DNA of 63,391 bases, the filler included, from Choristocarpus tenellus KU-1152 (Eukaryota > Protista > Phaeophyceae), in the NCBI GenBank assembly GCA_964200185.2. It is 9 parts of 9 records of this genome, joined end to end, with 100 filler letters (N's around TTAATTAATTAA, not from the genome) between each part and the next. Parts side by side here need not be neighbours in the genome. Positions count along the whole stretch, not along the records: positions 47,226 to 56,153 come from CAXNAD020004183.1; positions 56,254 to 60,674 come from CAXNAD020014632.1; positions 60,775 to 63,391 come from CAXNAD020026230.1; 6 more parts are not named here. One strand, given 5' to 3'. The translations under genes were made by a program, and so were the position numbers. Shown here in pieces: positions 52,001 through 63,391 of the stretch (the stretch's first letter is position 1; every line of letters starts with the position of its first letter). The notes under the pieces were generated by a model. That model was not told where the DNA came from and searched no databases. It saw nothing but the letters and a program-made list of their open reading frames with translations.

Positions 52001-55000
52001 TTTTCTACTCCTTTCACAACACAAAAAAGATACAAATGTCAAAAAATGTACAACATCAAAAAAAGATACAAGTGTCTAAATACCAACTGCAGGCACAATT
52101 GGAGGTCAGATACCACATCAACAACCTTTTCTACAGAACATAAACTAAATGTTACAAACTCTGTGAGCTCCTCTTATCCCATTCACCCACCACAAAATCA
52201 ACAAATCACACAAAAATGACATCTAACCCTAACCCTTTAGCACACACCTTCCCACCTCCTCCACCTCCTTCCTTATCATATTGCTCTTCCCGCCCACCCT
52301 TGTGACCAACATTGCCATCTTCAGTCCCTCTCTCACAATCCTCCTCCCCCTCCTCCCGAAATCCTTCCCCATCACCAATCAGCCCCCTTCGTTTCAACCC
52401 CTCAAGCGATGCGTACGGCGTGAGGTCCACAGCCATCAACGACTGTCACAACCCATCAACAACAATGAAAGGGAGGTAGGTAGGAAGGGGCAGGGTCTAG
52501 AAAACGCACATAGAGGTAAAAAAAAATCAAGAGACGCTCCTGCAACAAAAGCACCTACTAGTGCAATCAATTCAAAAAGCTTTGATTTGCTGTGCAATAA
52601 CAACCAAGTCCTTTTCGGATCCCAGCTGATCTGGTTGGTCAGGAACTGCAGGGAATAAAAAATATGGTACAAGTCAGTGTAGTGCAGCATGGCACTGATC
52701 AATACAGAGACAGAATGATGGAAAGTTCATTTAATTCCCCTTTTCCCCTGTTTCACTGTTGCAATAGTCCACTCTATGCACTCTACAATTGCTATCATGC
52801 CATAGTATGAGCTGTCCTTTCCCATCATGCACACTGCCAAATAAAAAGAAAAAAGACCAAATATTAAAAAAAACTACTTTTTTCAAGTTGAGATGGGGGG
52901 AGGGGGGGGGGGGGGTGACATAGTGTCCATCAACAAAAAACTATTTGTCAAAAACAACAATCAATCATCAATACAATTTGTGCCGAGTCTGATCATTAAC
53001 AAATACCACAATCACACACACATAAAACAATCCAATATATATATAGTAAATAATACAAAAAACCCCTAACCAATGCCACCATGGAAAAGACAATCCCATA
53101 GGGCAAAGGATCCTACAAGATATTATAATTTATAACAGTAGTCCTATTGGGCACAGGTATCCAATAAAATCCAAGCTAACTTAAGTGACCAACCAATCAA
53201 ATCAAATCAAACCCAATCCTGTTCAAAGACTCGCCATCATCTTTAGCTCATATTCACACAAGTACATAATTCAATCAAAAACCTAAGCTGAGCCAAACCA
53301 AGACTCTCAAACCAAGTCAAACCAACCAATCAAATCCAATCCAATCCCATTCAAAAGACTCACCATTGCCACCCATCAACCCACACCCAACACACAAACC
53401 ACCAAACAATTTTTTCTTTTGAAGGCATACATCTGCACACATAGGTTAGACATGCCCCTCAGAGTACCTTTACTTAGATAACAGGTCCATAAAAAATAGG
53501 TCACACCACATCACATCACACCACACCTCTGACAGTTTCTGCAGTACCCTGGCAGTTGACTTAAAATGACGTCCTGAAGCTGTCTCCTTCAAGAGACGAT
53601 CCACTCGCAGTCGGAGGAGTTTTACCAAGTCCTGAAATTGCATGGGCATCATGAACAGCAGTGACTAAATCCCTAAATAATAAAAAGGTACACAACAACA
53701 ATAATAACAATAAACATAATAATAATATACATTATAAAAAAATTGTATAGTACTTTGGAGTACTACACATACAAACAACAAAACGAAGGACCACAAAATT
53801 AAACCAAGATTCAAACATGTACACTACAGAAGTACCAACACAAAGAACCATCAAACAAAAAAAAAGATCCACAAGATATACAACAACTAACATGCACAGT
53901 AAGGCCAATATAAGTAAGGATCAGCCTTAGGGCTACGTCAACTTCATGAAAAATGCTTTGAATAAGAAATGTTAACAGAGAGTGAGTTATACAATACCAT
54001 ATGATAATATCAAATGAATGTGTCAGAGAATGGATTCCTTTGTCCGACAAGCTTCCCCTAATACACCAATAATCAAAAATAATCTAGGGAAGGGAAGCGC
54101 TAGGGTTATGGCAGTGCATGGTACTTTGTGTGTGAAAAGAATGAACACGTAAATCGGTAGGAGAGTAAACAAAACGCCTGGAAAGGTGTATCCAGAATAA
54201 CATTCACACCAATCAATGAGCAAGTCCTTCAACATCATATATGCCTATACCTTTCTTTGGCACTCACACACAAAAAGAAAAAAACACTTTTTGAAATCCC
54301 AATCCTTAACCCTTTGTATTCGTTGCAAAACCACCCCATTGAAACAACTACATCAACTACAATACCAGCACAGTCCATCCAGTCGCCCTTACCCCAATCC
54401 TATCAAAATAGTAAGAACAATAAAGATATACTAACTACTACAGATAGTAGAATAATAATATAATAATAACAATAATAATAATATATAAAATACTACTTCA
54501 AAGAACTACTACTACTAATAATAATATATAAAATACTACTTCAAAGTACTACTACTACTACTAATATAATAATAATATATAAAATACTACTTCAAAGAAC
54601 TACTACTACTACTAATAATATAATAATAATATATAAAATAACACTTCAAAGTACTACTACTACTACTACTACTAATATAATAATAATATATAAAATAATA
54701 CTTCAAAGTACTACTACTACTACTACTAATAAGGTCAGGGACAGGTTTCTTTTTTCGGGATCTCCCACACACATTTTCTGGATATAGCACGCGTCCATAT
54801 ACATCTGCGTGCGCCAATCACGTCACTGAAGTTGTCCACATTGACCAATTCACAAAACCAGACACACCCACAAGATCCGGATTTGAACAGTCAGAAGGAC
54901 CATCACAACGAAGATCCACTCTGATTTTGAATTATACATTTTCCTGCTGTGACGTTGCTCAGTCATTCTGTGACATCTGCTGTACACTGAGGTTTCAGTT

Positions 55001-55480
55001 GTGTTCCGAATTTCCTCAACTGACGTCGGGATGCTGGACCAAGACCTGAGAAACTCCTCCGCCTCACCCTCTGAGGTGGGGAAGAGTTCAGTCCGGTGAT
55101 TGTGATTGCCCCTTTTTATAGAGAGCACTTACACAATAACAAAAACAAGCAAAACCAACTAGCCCAGCCCACAACCATTATTACTACTACTACTGCTATT
55201 ATCATCATCACCATCACCCTAACCCTCACCTGATCATTCTCCGGCAACGGCAGCGCCGCAAACGCCTTCGCCAGGCGAAGACACAACCCCGACAGCTCCA
55301 CTCTACCAACACAACCAAGTAGTTCATGGCTCAGACAGAGGGAGAGGTGCCCAGCCGCAGCAGAAAGACTCTCTTCAGCAGAAGGTAAAGGTTCCTTCAC
55401 ATTCACTGCCGGGCTTTCCACACCATGGGAGGGGGAACTGTCACCATCACCCTCCTCCTCCGTTGACTCCACCTGTCCCT
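49021..55480 (-). CDS. unidentified multi-exon protein-coding gene, 3' part
   Basis: AG/GT-bounded, coding-like segments at about 55471-55230, 53630-53528 (DLVKLLRLRVDRLLKE), 52645-52558 (FLTNQISWDPKRTWLL), 51865-51775 (WCSFDEIDLDVYFLRSVG), 50805-50535 (acidic tract), 50071-49962 and 49724 onward. The terminal exon is uncertain (possible stops near 49637, 49549 or 49021). Confidence 0.55.
50892..51147 (+). mobile_element. MITE family A, full copy (intronic)
   Basis: aagtcaaattatcttagagggta ... ctctaagatactttcactc. Confidence 0.9.
51943..51997 (+). repeat. interstitial telomere-like (CCCTAA)n
   Basis: cctaaccctaaccctaaacctaaccc..ctaaccctaaccctaacc. Similar short tracts at about 33594, 35648, 49214, 52223, 55217, 59595 and 59803. 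Confidence 0.75.
54470..54730 (+). repeat. compound minisatellite, 5 units
   Basis: Core aatatataaaata..acttcaaag separated by variable (act)n and (aat)n tracts. Confidence 0.9.
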
Positions 55481-55984
55481 TCTACCAACAAACAGAGACA
55501 AGGTATGGCATCATACACCACAGAGACACCAACAATGCGGAGAGGTCAAGGGGTACAGTTGGTACAGTTGGTACAGTTCTTGCTTAGACTCTCCGCAGAG
55601 GTGAAGATAAGTGACAAGTGAGAGTCTTAGCCAACACACCCGACTCTTGCATGCAAGGACAAAATAACCATAATACCCCCCCCCCGTCTTGGTCTACCTT
55701 GATCACACACACAACACACAACACACACACAACACACACAATACACACAATACATACACAGCATACAAACACACAACACACAACACACATATAACTACCC
55801 CTATCTCTTGTCTTCTGAGGAGGGGCCACTTTCCCCCTATCAAAACTGCACACAGTATATATATATATATATACTTCTATCCCTCCAAATGATAAAAATC
55901 AAAAGGGGTCGCAACCAAACACCCCAGGCCTATTCAGACGGTCCTCTCTACACCCAGTGCCCATTTACCGCACATGCTTCCTCC

Positions 55985-56050
55985 TGCCTCTTCAGCATCA
56001 GTTCCAACACTATGCCTCTTCAGCATCAGTTCCAACACTATGCCTCTTCA
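55985..56050 (+). repeat. 28-bp tandem repeat, about 2.4 copies
   Basis: tgcctcttcagcatcagttccaacacta. Confidence 0.88.
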
Positions 56051-56844
56051 GAAATAATAAGAAATAATAAAAGTGTTCTTCAACACCGTACAAGGCGTTT
56101 GGTCTTGTTCATGGCGGTCATCCAAAAACCCATCACAAAGCACGATGCGACTTNNNNNNNNNNNNNNNNNNNNNNNNNNNNNNNNNNNNNNNNNNNNTTA
56201 ATTAATTAANNNNNNNNNNNNNNNNNNNNNNNNNNNNNNNNNNNNNNNNNNNNAACGTAAGGATAACACTAGCTTATTCAACAGGCATCCCTTTTGCGAC
56301 ACTGGTGGGTGAAGTTGTTTGCCAGCAAGGTAGCGGACAACGAATATATGGAGAAGCGCCTGGATCAGTGCTTTACCCAAGCTTGGATAAATTCTTTCTT
56401 ACACGTCAGTTCACGCCCTGATGCTCATTCACTAATGTTCACCTGCGGTGTAGGATATTCTTCATACCACCCTCAGCTGAGGAATAATCATTCACTCGAG
56501 ACAAGGGCTACTACAGTGAACTGCACATTCGAGATCAATAGTTTGTGGAATACACCAGTTTTTCGTACGTATCTATATATGACCATTTACCTATGTACCT
56601 TTGCATGTCTGGAGAAAAATTAGTGCTTCAGTGACACTAAGCTCTCTCGTGTGAACAGTGTTTTTGGCACGTTGTTGTGAACTACTGTGTTAACAAGTGT
56701 TCCTTCAACCGTTCCTGTTCATGGCCTCTCCGTCTATCCCTCTCGTGCAGGGTCCTGTGGAAAGATGGGAAATGGTGGGTCTGCTAAGCATGCCAGCACA
56801 TATTCCGGAGCACAACATGCACCCCTCTGTTGCAAACTCTTTGA

Positions 56845-57100
56845 GAGTCAAAGTATCTTGGAGGGTAGAACCGCGTCCACTTGGGGGCCAAAATCCAATG
56901 TTGCGATATTGATGTAATTTTGGCTATCTTGATTGTTAGGAGATGTCAATATCCTTGTTGCGGACCTATCTTTCATATCGTATACATTTTACCTACTCCG
57001 AAAAATTTCGGAGTAGGAAAATGTCATAAAAAAACGTGGAAAGTTAACCCCGAAATGGACAAACAGGGCAAAAGTCGTTCCCTCTAAGATACTTTCACTC
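56845..57100 (+). mobile_element. MITE family A, full copy
   Basis: Both TIRs present; flanks ttga/tgga. Confidence 0.92.
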
Positions 57101-58583
57101 TGGACCAGGAGAATGCTGATCTTGACTCAACCTTGAAAGCCTTGACTGGCAGCTACAACTTATATGATGTGGCGAGCAATAACAAATGTGGCTTCTAGGA
57201 TGTACAATGTTCCACACCATCATCTTTCAACCCCCATGCCACTCAGCACAGATGCAGGGCCTACACACGTCCTTCATCGCTCCATAGTAGACACTGATTG
57301 TTATCACCAATAGTACTGCATACTCCATCAAGCTCAGGGACTCTGCCCTCTGCTAAGTAGCCCTCTGTTCCTCCACACACATCTTTCGCACTCTCCACTT
57401 TACTCACACTGGTCTTCAATCCAAAGGAGACCTGTGGAACAATGTTGAAAAGCTTAGTGCATGTAAGACTTATTGCCCAAAGCCGCTGATTGAGTTACAT
57501 GGTAATACATACACTGAATATTAATTATCGGCTGGATCTTTGTCTCACCCCGTCAATTATCTCTGACCAACGACTGACCCATCATACCGCTATGTACAAT
57601 ACTACTTTGTGTTGTACGCAATTAAAGATAAACGTACATGAAACTATGTTATACTTGTATCAGCACATACAACGTAAGGATATCACTAGATTATTCGACA
57701 AACAAGAGCACCATTGTATATGATCATTGACGAGAGCAGTTTTGTATACAAAGCAGTTGCAACTCGTGATGATGACTGTAACCTGTCCATGGACGTTGCC
57801 CAAGTCCCCGGGCAAATGGGTCATGTGAGGGTGGAAACACAGTTGGAGCGGAAGAGGAAGTGGCTTCAAGCTGTTCAGGACTTTTTGTGACTCATCTGTG
57901 CTGTTTTCTTGAATGCTGTCGAATGGAGTGTGGAGTGTATGGAATTAGACATGATGCGTCATAGAGTTGTGGGCTGCATGGTCCATTGCGAAAAGGCCTC
58001 CAATATGGAGGTTGAGAGTGACGCCCAGAGCATGGACTTGTCAGATGGAAGGGAGGAAGAGGTGAATGGATTTGTGGCTGGAGAGGAAGAGGGTGGGGAG
58101 ACTACTCGACTCTATGTTAATGGTGATGAATGATGATCTTGCAGTATCAACATACGAAATAGTGTGGAGTCAATTGTTATAATGATGAATTAATATTTTT
58201 TATACACTGTGTGATGCATAATATGCGTGATTGCTTTCTCATGTTTTTGTTGGGTGACCCACAGACTTGGGATTAGGATTAGGTTTTGGTTTAGGATTAT
58301 GTGGTCTGACTAATCTTGATATTCCAACAAGTGCCTTGAGGGTATTTATGTGGTTGGGTTACAAGTAGTTCCGATGTTGTTTAGCAGGCTGTTCATCATA
58401 TTCTGTATTTTTTCTTGCATTTGTGGGTAAAGCACTGTCAATAATGTTCTATGCTCATTTTTTCCTTTGAAAACAAGCTGGTATATCAGGTTCTTCTTTG
58501 CTACTGTTGCTGTGTCTATTCCTCAATCCATCCCCACGCTTCTACACATTTCTTCTTCCACAGTTGTATTAAAATGTCCTTAA

Positions 58584-58822
58584 ACCCGTGGGAAGCCAAG
58601 CCTCAAATGGACAAACAGGGCAAAAATCATATCCTCTAAGATACTTTCACTCATTTCTTTTCTCAACAAGGACGCTGTGAATATTCGTGGGTAAGAGTGT
58701 TGCCCTGTTTGTCCATTTGGGGCTTGGCTTGCCACGGGTTATATTTCGGAGTAGGAAAATGTACACGTTATGAAAAGGTGTGCCCGGAACAAGGATATTG
58801 ACAATTCCTTAAGAAACACGAT
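58584..58822. mobile_element. two truncated MITE A right-end fragments in inverted orientation
   Basis: About 58584-58652 (+) and about 58699-58822 (-). Confidence 0.85.
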
Positions 58823-59283
58823 AAGCAGCGCTCTTTATTCTCTTTTATCGTCATCTGCGTTTTATTTTGTGTTGGTTAACAGAAGTTGGAATACATCTGA
58901 AAACCGTTGCGTACAATTTTCCTAAGTTACAAATCTTTCTCTGCAACCTTGCAAGTCAGAGTTACTCTTTATAACGTTCCCCACTTGTGTATACTACTTG
59001 CGCTTATTAGAACACGGGAAAAATACTCACGCTATTCGCCTGTAAACATTTGCTGTTGCCACTGGTTCCATGTCTCAGACCTTTTTTGTAAATTGGTGGA
59101 AACTGAGCGCTACATCAATGAGGAGAGGTCACACTCCCATGCACATTGACGAGACAGATGTTGATACTCCTTCAACCCTATATCATACTCTCTCTTCTGG
59201 CTTGTTGCCTCTCGTCTTTTTTTGCAGTGAATAAATATATACTATAGAACATCTACATCTTGTGGACACTGACCATTTATAAA

Positions 59284-59517
59284 TCAAGCCCCCCCCAACA
59301 TTGCCGAAATCATAGTGTTTTCTGTACGTTCATATCTCCTGACAACACTAAGTGCACCTGCAGAACTGGACGAGCTACGTTGAGACTTGGCTGGCGCAAT
59401 GGTTCCTTGGATTGCTGACGTTGCCACTTCCACTGCAGTTACTTCCGAATGATCGCCCTTTGATTTGGAACTACTCCACACTGAGAGAGCAAATTGCTTG
59501 GGGGTTGGGACAAATCC
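59284..59517 (-). CDS. possible terminal exon of an unidentified gene
   Basis: Pyrimidine-rich CAG acceptor followed by an open S/A-rich frame to TGA. No recognisable motif. Confidence 0.25.
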   Translation of the reverse strand, partial: GFVPTPKQFALSVWSSSKSKGDHSEVTAVEVATSAIQGTIAPAKSQRSSSSSAGALSVVRRYERTENTMISAMLGGA

Positions 59518-59814
59518 TGGCAGGTGGAAAGGCAATAGAGCAACACCCAACACCAAAACCTTCTCCTATGGATCATTGTCGAGAGGATAGTTGGTAACCC
59601 TAACCCTAACCTTAAAGCATACTTGAATGTGAAAGTCCTGGGAGATACACTACAACTCAGTATTGTTGTCTGGGCGGATGATGGTGTTTAACTACAGCGT
59701 GATCAGTACCAACACCTGAAGGTGCAGTGAACAGAGGAGCTCCCGTGTCATACTTTTATTACTTGTTTTTTGCTTTTTAATAAAACCTAACAACCTACTT
59801 CTAACCCTAACCAT

Positions 59815-60520
59815 CGTACCGTAAAGCTCCCTCCACTCTCTACTCTTTAGGGATGCAAAGAAACCCAAATCGTTGATATTGATATCAGGTGGCTGTGCAG
59901 GCTGCGTTAGGAGCTTGACGTGCCCCTCTTTCCGAGCTTCGTAGAGCATCTGCGGCCTGTCTTTTCCTCCATCTGGCTGTGTGACCACCTCCTCACCCTC
60001 CAACTACGGCATTTTTTTCACAATGCAGGGAGAAAAGTATCCTAGTATCACTCTCGGTACCACTAGGTGTTGATGGTCACATCATAGCCGTACTGTTGCC
60101 CCCTCTCTTGGCGGGTTGAATTTCTCTGTTCCTGGTTGATGACGCAAACATGCTAGATTCTGATCTTGCCATCAAAGTCAGGGGAAGGATCTGGGCATGA
60201 AATGATGCAGACGAACATCAACTTAGAAATGTGACTCTTATGCTATACCTTGGTGGAGTCCCACACTTTCCTCCCTGGGGAATATGCAGATGCGTTACCC
60301 GTCATGGAAGAGGTTGAAGCGTGGTTTGTCGATATAAATTGTTTTGAGGCTCTTTCCGTGATTGATGTGGATCCTTTCTGCTTGGCTACGAGACTCGCAC
60401 CGCAGATGGTCTAGAGGCTAAGCGAGAGTGGTATGGCTCTTGGGCGAGGTGGTGAAATGTTGTGTGACGATGGCGGGACGTGTTACAGGGCGCCCCAGAA
60501 CTCAACCTCCACAGGAAGTG
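59815..60520 (-). mobile_element. decayed Tc1/mariner transposase, plant-type (DD39D-like)
   Basis: IYIDK..F, KSHISKLMF...PDFDGKIRI*, QRNSTRQERG, TQPDG, LLTQPAQPPDININDLGFFASLKS. Confidence 0.85.
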
Positions 60521-60812
60521 TAACTCAAATCCAACGACCTTAAAACGACACTACGCGGGGGTTCAAATATAACAGTGGATTTCAAAAACTGAGGATGGAG
60601 CGTACTATGGAGGATGGGTTTGACCCAAAAAAAAAAAAAAAAAAGTGCCGATAAGTTTTTTTTTGTAAATGTTGNNNNNNNNNNNNNNNNNNNNNNNNNN
60701 NNNNNNNNNNNNNNNNNNTTAATTAATTAANNNNNNNNNNNNNNNNNNNNNNNNNNNNNNNNNNNNNNNNNNNNAGGGGATGAAAAAAAATGCCAAATAA
60801 AGAAAACCCCCA

Positions 60813-60996
60813 GATCCAAAGTATCTGGGAGGGGGGGGGGGGGTCTACACCAGGGTGTCCATTCGGACCATAACCAGGAAAAGTACACTCTCATTATCCA
60901 TCCGACGTATGGAATCAAATCACCCAAAAGTCGCGACATGAAAAAAATGACCGCAAATGGACAGCCGCCACCCCACTCCCCCAGATACTTTGAACC
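60813..60996 (+). mobile_element. MITE family B, full copy
   Basis: gatccaaagtatctggg ... cccagatactttgaacc. Confidence 0.85.
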
Positions 60997-62149
60997 TCAA
61001 ACTGGTGGTAAGCTTTAGGAAGAGGGACCCTGCTCGGGAGTGAAGCCATTTTGAACAAGAAACCACCAGCTTTCAATGCCCTCCATGATCCTGCATGAAA
61101 GAATAGGTATAGTGGAGTGGTCCACTCTGTGAATGTGTCTAGTTGATGGTAATTACCCTCCCACACATCTCACCACCACAGGACTGAAACAGCCAAAACA
61201 TCTGACTGATTGTTAGGGACATAGTATTACGACGGAGCAATCCGTTGTTGTTATCTCACTGGTCTCAGCGAGATTTATCACAGTGCTACTCAATTCAGCT
61301 CGAAAAATTAAAAGAAGAAAACAAAAAGAGCTCCGTCGTGTAATGATACCACACAAAATCGTGTCTGCCATGACCCCGTAGGCACACATGCAACAACAAG
61401 ATAATAATAGTTCTAATCTATTCATTTTGTTGTTAGATGGACCCAAGACATTATCATTATAGATCCGCTATTTTTTCATCCCGGCCCAGACAGTATGCTC
61501 CCACTTCAGATCAACAATACACTCCCTAGTCTCGATGAGTACTTTCTAGAAGGTCAACATGTGAGGAGGGCGGAGAAATAATCATCATAGCACTGCGGAG
61601 TATATATTATACTGTATATATCGTAGTACTAACATGACACCACTGAGGGTATTTTATTATGTTCGGACGTCCTTGAGCACCACAATTATTATTGAGTCCC
61701 AGAGCCACCATATCTAATTAGCAGGGGTTTCGACAGCAACTCAACTTGGAGTCAATTTCTGCTGTCGAGATCTATACAGGTACGATAAATTTCTAGAGCA
61801 TCAAGTTGAAAGCAATTTTGTTTTTGATTGGCTATGCATAAGAGTAACAATCATTTGGGGTACTCTAACAACAACAATAAGAAGAACTCAAATATCAGAA
61901 ATATTGTATCATATTGCCATCTAATAACAGGTATTATATATATTTTTGTAGTTAATTATTGCTGTCCTAGTTTGTGTACATGTTAGTTGATCCATCAGCG
62001 AAGGAACATTGCAATGCACTATGCCTATCAAAAACAGTAGTCCAAGTGTGAGGCGCGAAGTCAGATGCAGCAGGTGCTTTGTCGGAGTGAGTGAATGAAC
62101 AAAGAACCAGGATTTATCAAGATGGAACATAGGGAACTGTTATATGATC

Positions 62150-62330
62150 TCAAACTCCTTTTTCTTAGGTCGTGTGGGATCCTTCTATTGCGACAGCTTG
62201 GAGATGAGCGTTGCAAGGATGTGCTTTGACCTTGCTCAATCCCTCCTCATATACGCCAAATACGTACATGCACAAGTGCAAGATATCTTGTGGTTTTTCG
62301 CAAGCAAGAGGGAAGGGTTTTCTGTGCTGT
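62150..62330 (-). pseudogene. SWIM-zinc-finger-like remnant, probably transposon-derived
   Basis: KISCTCAC....*ARSKHILATL. Confidence 0.3.
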
Positions 62331-62914
62331 CTGCCTGTCTGCTGCTAACTCTTCTAGATCTTGGTACATGGAATAAGAAATATACCTACAACCCCCCTCT
62401 TCCTTTTCAACCGTACCCTTTCGTATTTCGTAATCACTTCTTTTTTAGGGTTACAACGACAATGAACAATGTCACACATTCTAGCGAGGAACATCACAAT
62501 ACGTATATTTACATTTATATATTCGTATATATGCGTAATGGGCATCGATACATTGTTCATTCGAAATGCAAGTCGTACTAGAAACGTTTGTCACAAAGAA
62601 CGGTCATTCCTTGCCAGCGGCTGGAAGGCGTTGAAGGAAGCAGGACCGGTTGAGGGGGGGGTGTTCTGGGGTGACTCGTCATTGATTTAGGGGATGGGCT
62701 TGGTTGGTTGTGATGTTCATGGGCGAAGGTTACATATTTGAAAATGCCTTGTTGCTCAACTGGGTGCAATGTTGCCATATTTTTGTGACTTGTAATCACT
62801 ACAGTACTTGAACATTTTAAAGGGGGGGTTAGGGTCACACAACAAGCTGTGCCAGTCAGTGTAGTGCAATAGTAGCACATGTACAATATAATTATTCCAT
62901 CCTTATACATAGTG

Positions 62915-63391
62915 CTTGGGGTTACACGAGGGTGTCCTTTCGGGCCATGACCAGGAGAAGTGAACTGAGCCAAAGTATCTTAGAGGGTAGAGCCGCGTTC
63001 ATTTGGGGGTCAAAATCCAACGTTGTGATTTCGATGTAAATTTGTCTATCGTGTTTGTTAGGAGATGCCAATATCCTTGCTCCTGACACACCTTTTCATA
63101 ACGTACATATTTGATCTACTCCAATACATTTTGGAGTAGGAAAATGTGATAAAAAAACCCATGGGAAGCCAAGCCCCAAATGGACAAACAGGACAGCAAA
63201 ACGCATACCCTCTAAGATACTTTCACACAACTTACATTATCCATCCGACAAATGCAAATATATTACCCAAAAATCGCGACATGAAAAAATGGGTCTCAAA
63301 TGGACAGTCAGCACCCCCCCCGACCTAAAGTATCTGGGGGGGGGGGGGGGGGGGGGGTCCACACCCGAAGGGGAGGGGGGGGGGGGGGGGG
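62915..63391 (+). mobile_element. family B copy interrupted by A, followed by another B left end (from about 63322)
   Basis: gggtgtcctttcgggccatgaccaggagaagtgaact [A] aacttacattatccatccgac..cgacatgaaaaa; then aaagtatctggggg. Confidence 0.8.
62967..63228 (+). mobile_element. MITE family A nested in a family B copy, AACT TSD
   Basis: gaagtgaact-GAGCCAAAG...TTTCACAC-aacttaca. Confidence 0.93.

Noticed and set aside
54470-54730. CRISPR-like repeat-spacer appearance
   Set aside because: The spacers are microsatellites rather than unique sequence, there are no cas genes, and it lies in a eukaryotic intron.
54730-55130. Possible Harbinger nuclease remnant (FSDVIGA)
   Set aside because: Too short and degenerate to support.
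1-63391. TnpB/Fanzor, giant-virus genes, tRNA/rRNA
   Set aside because: No RuvC, viral hallmark or structural RNA motifs were recognised by eye. Covariance and HMM searches were not run.

Overview
Eukaryotic, intron-rich, repeat-laden draft assembly made of 9 contigs joined by artificial N44-TTAATTAATTAA-N44 linkers. It is probably a stramenopile alga such as a brown alga (inference from intron style and TTAGGG repeats). Spliced genes reconstructed by hand: a complete 13-exon PUS1/TruA-family tRNA pseudouridine synthase (4627-19424, minus) whose intron 5 appears to need a non-canonical GA-AG splice; the 3' seven exons of a VPS13B-type gene (22162-29275, minus); one kinesin motor exon; PDZ-like exons; and an unidentified multi-exon gene. 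Most remaining sequence is decayed transposons: chromovirus-type Ty3/Gypsy, RTE-like LINEs, hAT, KDZ-like and DD39D mariner. The most distinctive repeat signal is three related short non-autonomous TIR families (A, B, C; about 20 copies or fragments) sharing G(A/G)nnCAAAGTA ends. A nested insertion with an empty-site comparison shows a 4-bp TSD, which suggests Sola-like elements. No rRNA, tRNA, CRISPR or TnpB/Fanzor was recognised, and most six-frame ORFs are spurious. All protein calls come from motif recognition by eye, not from searches.
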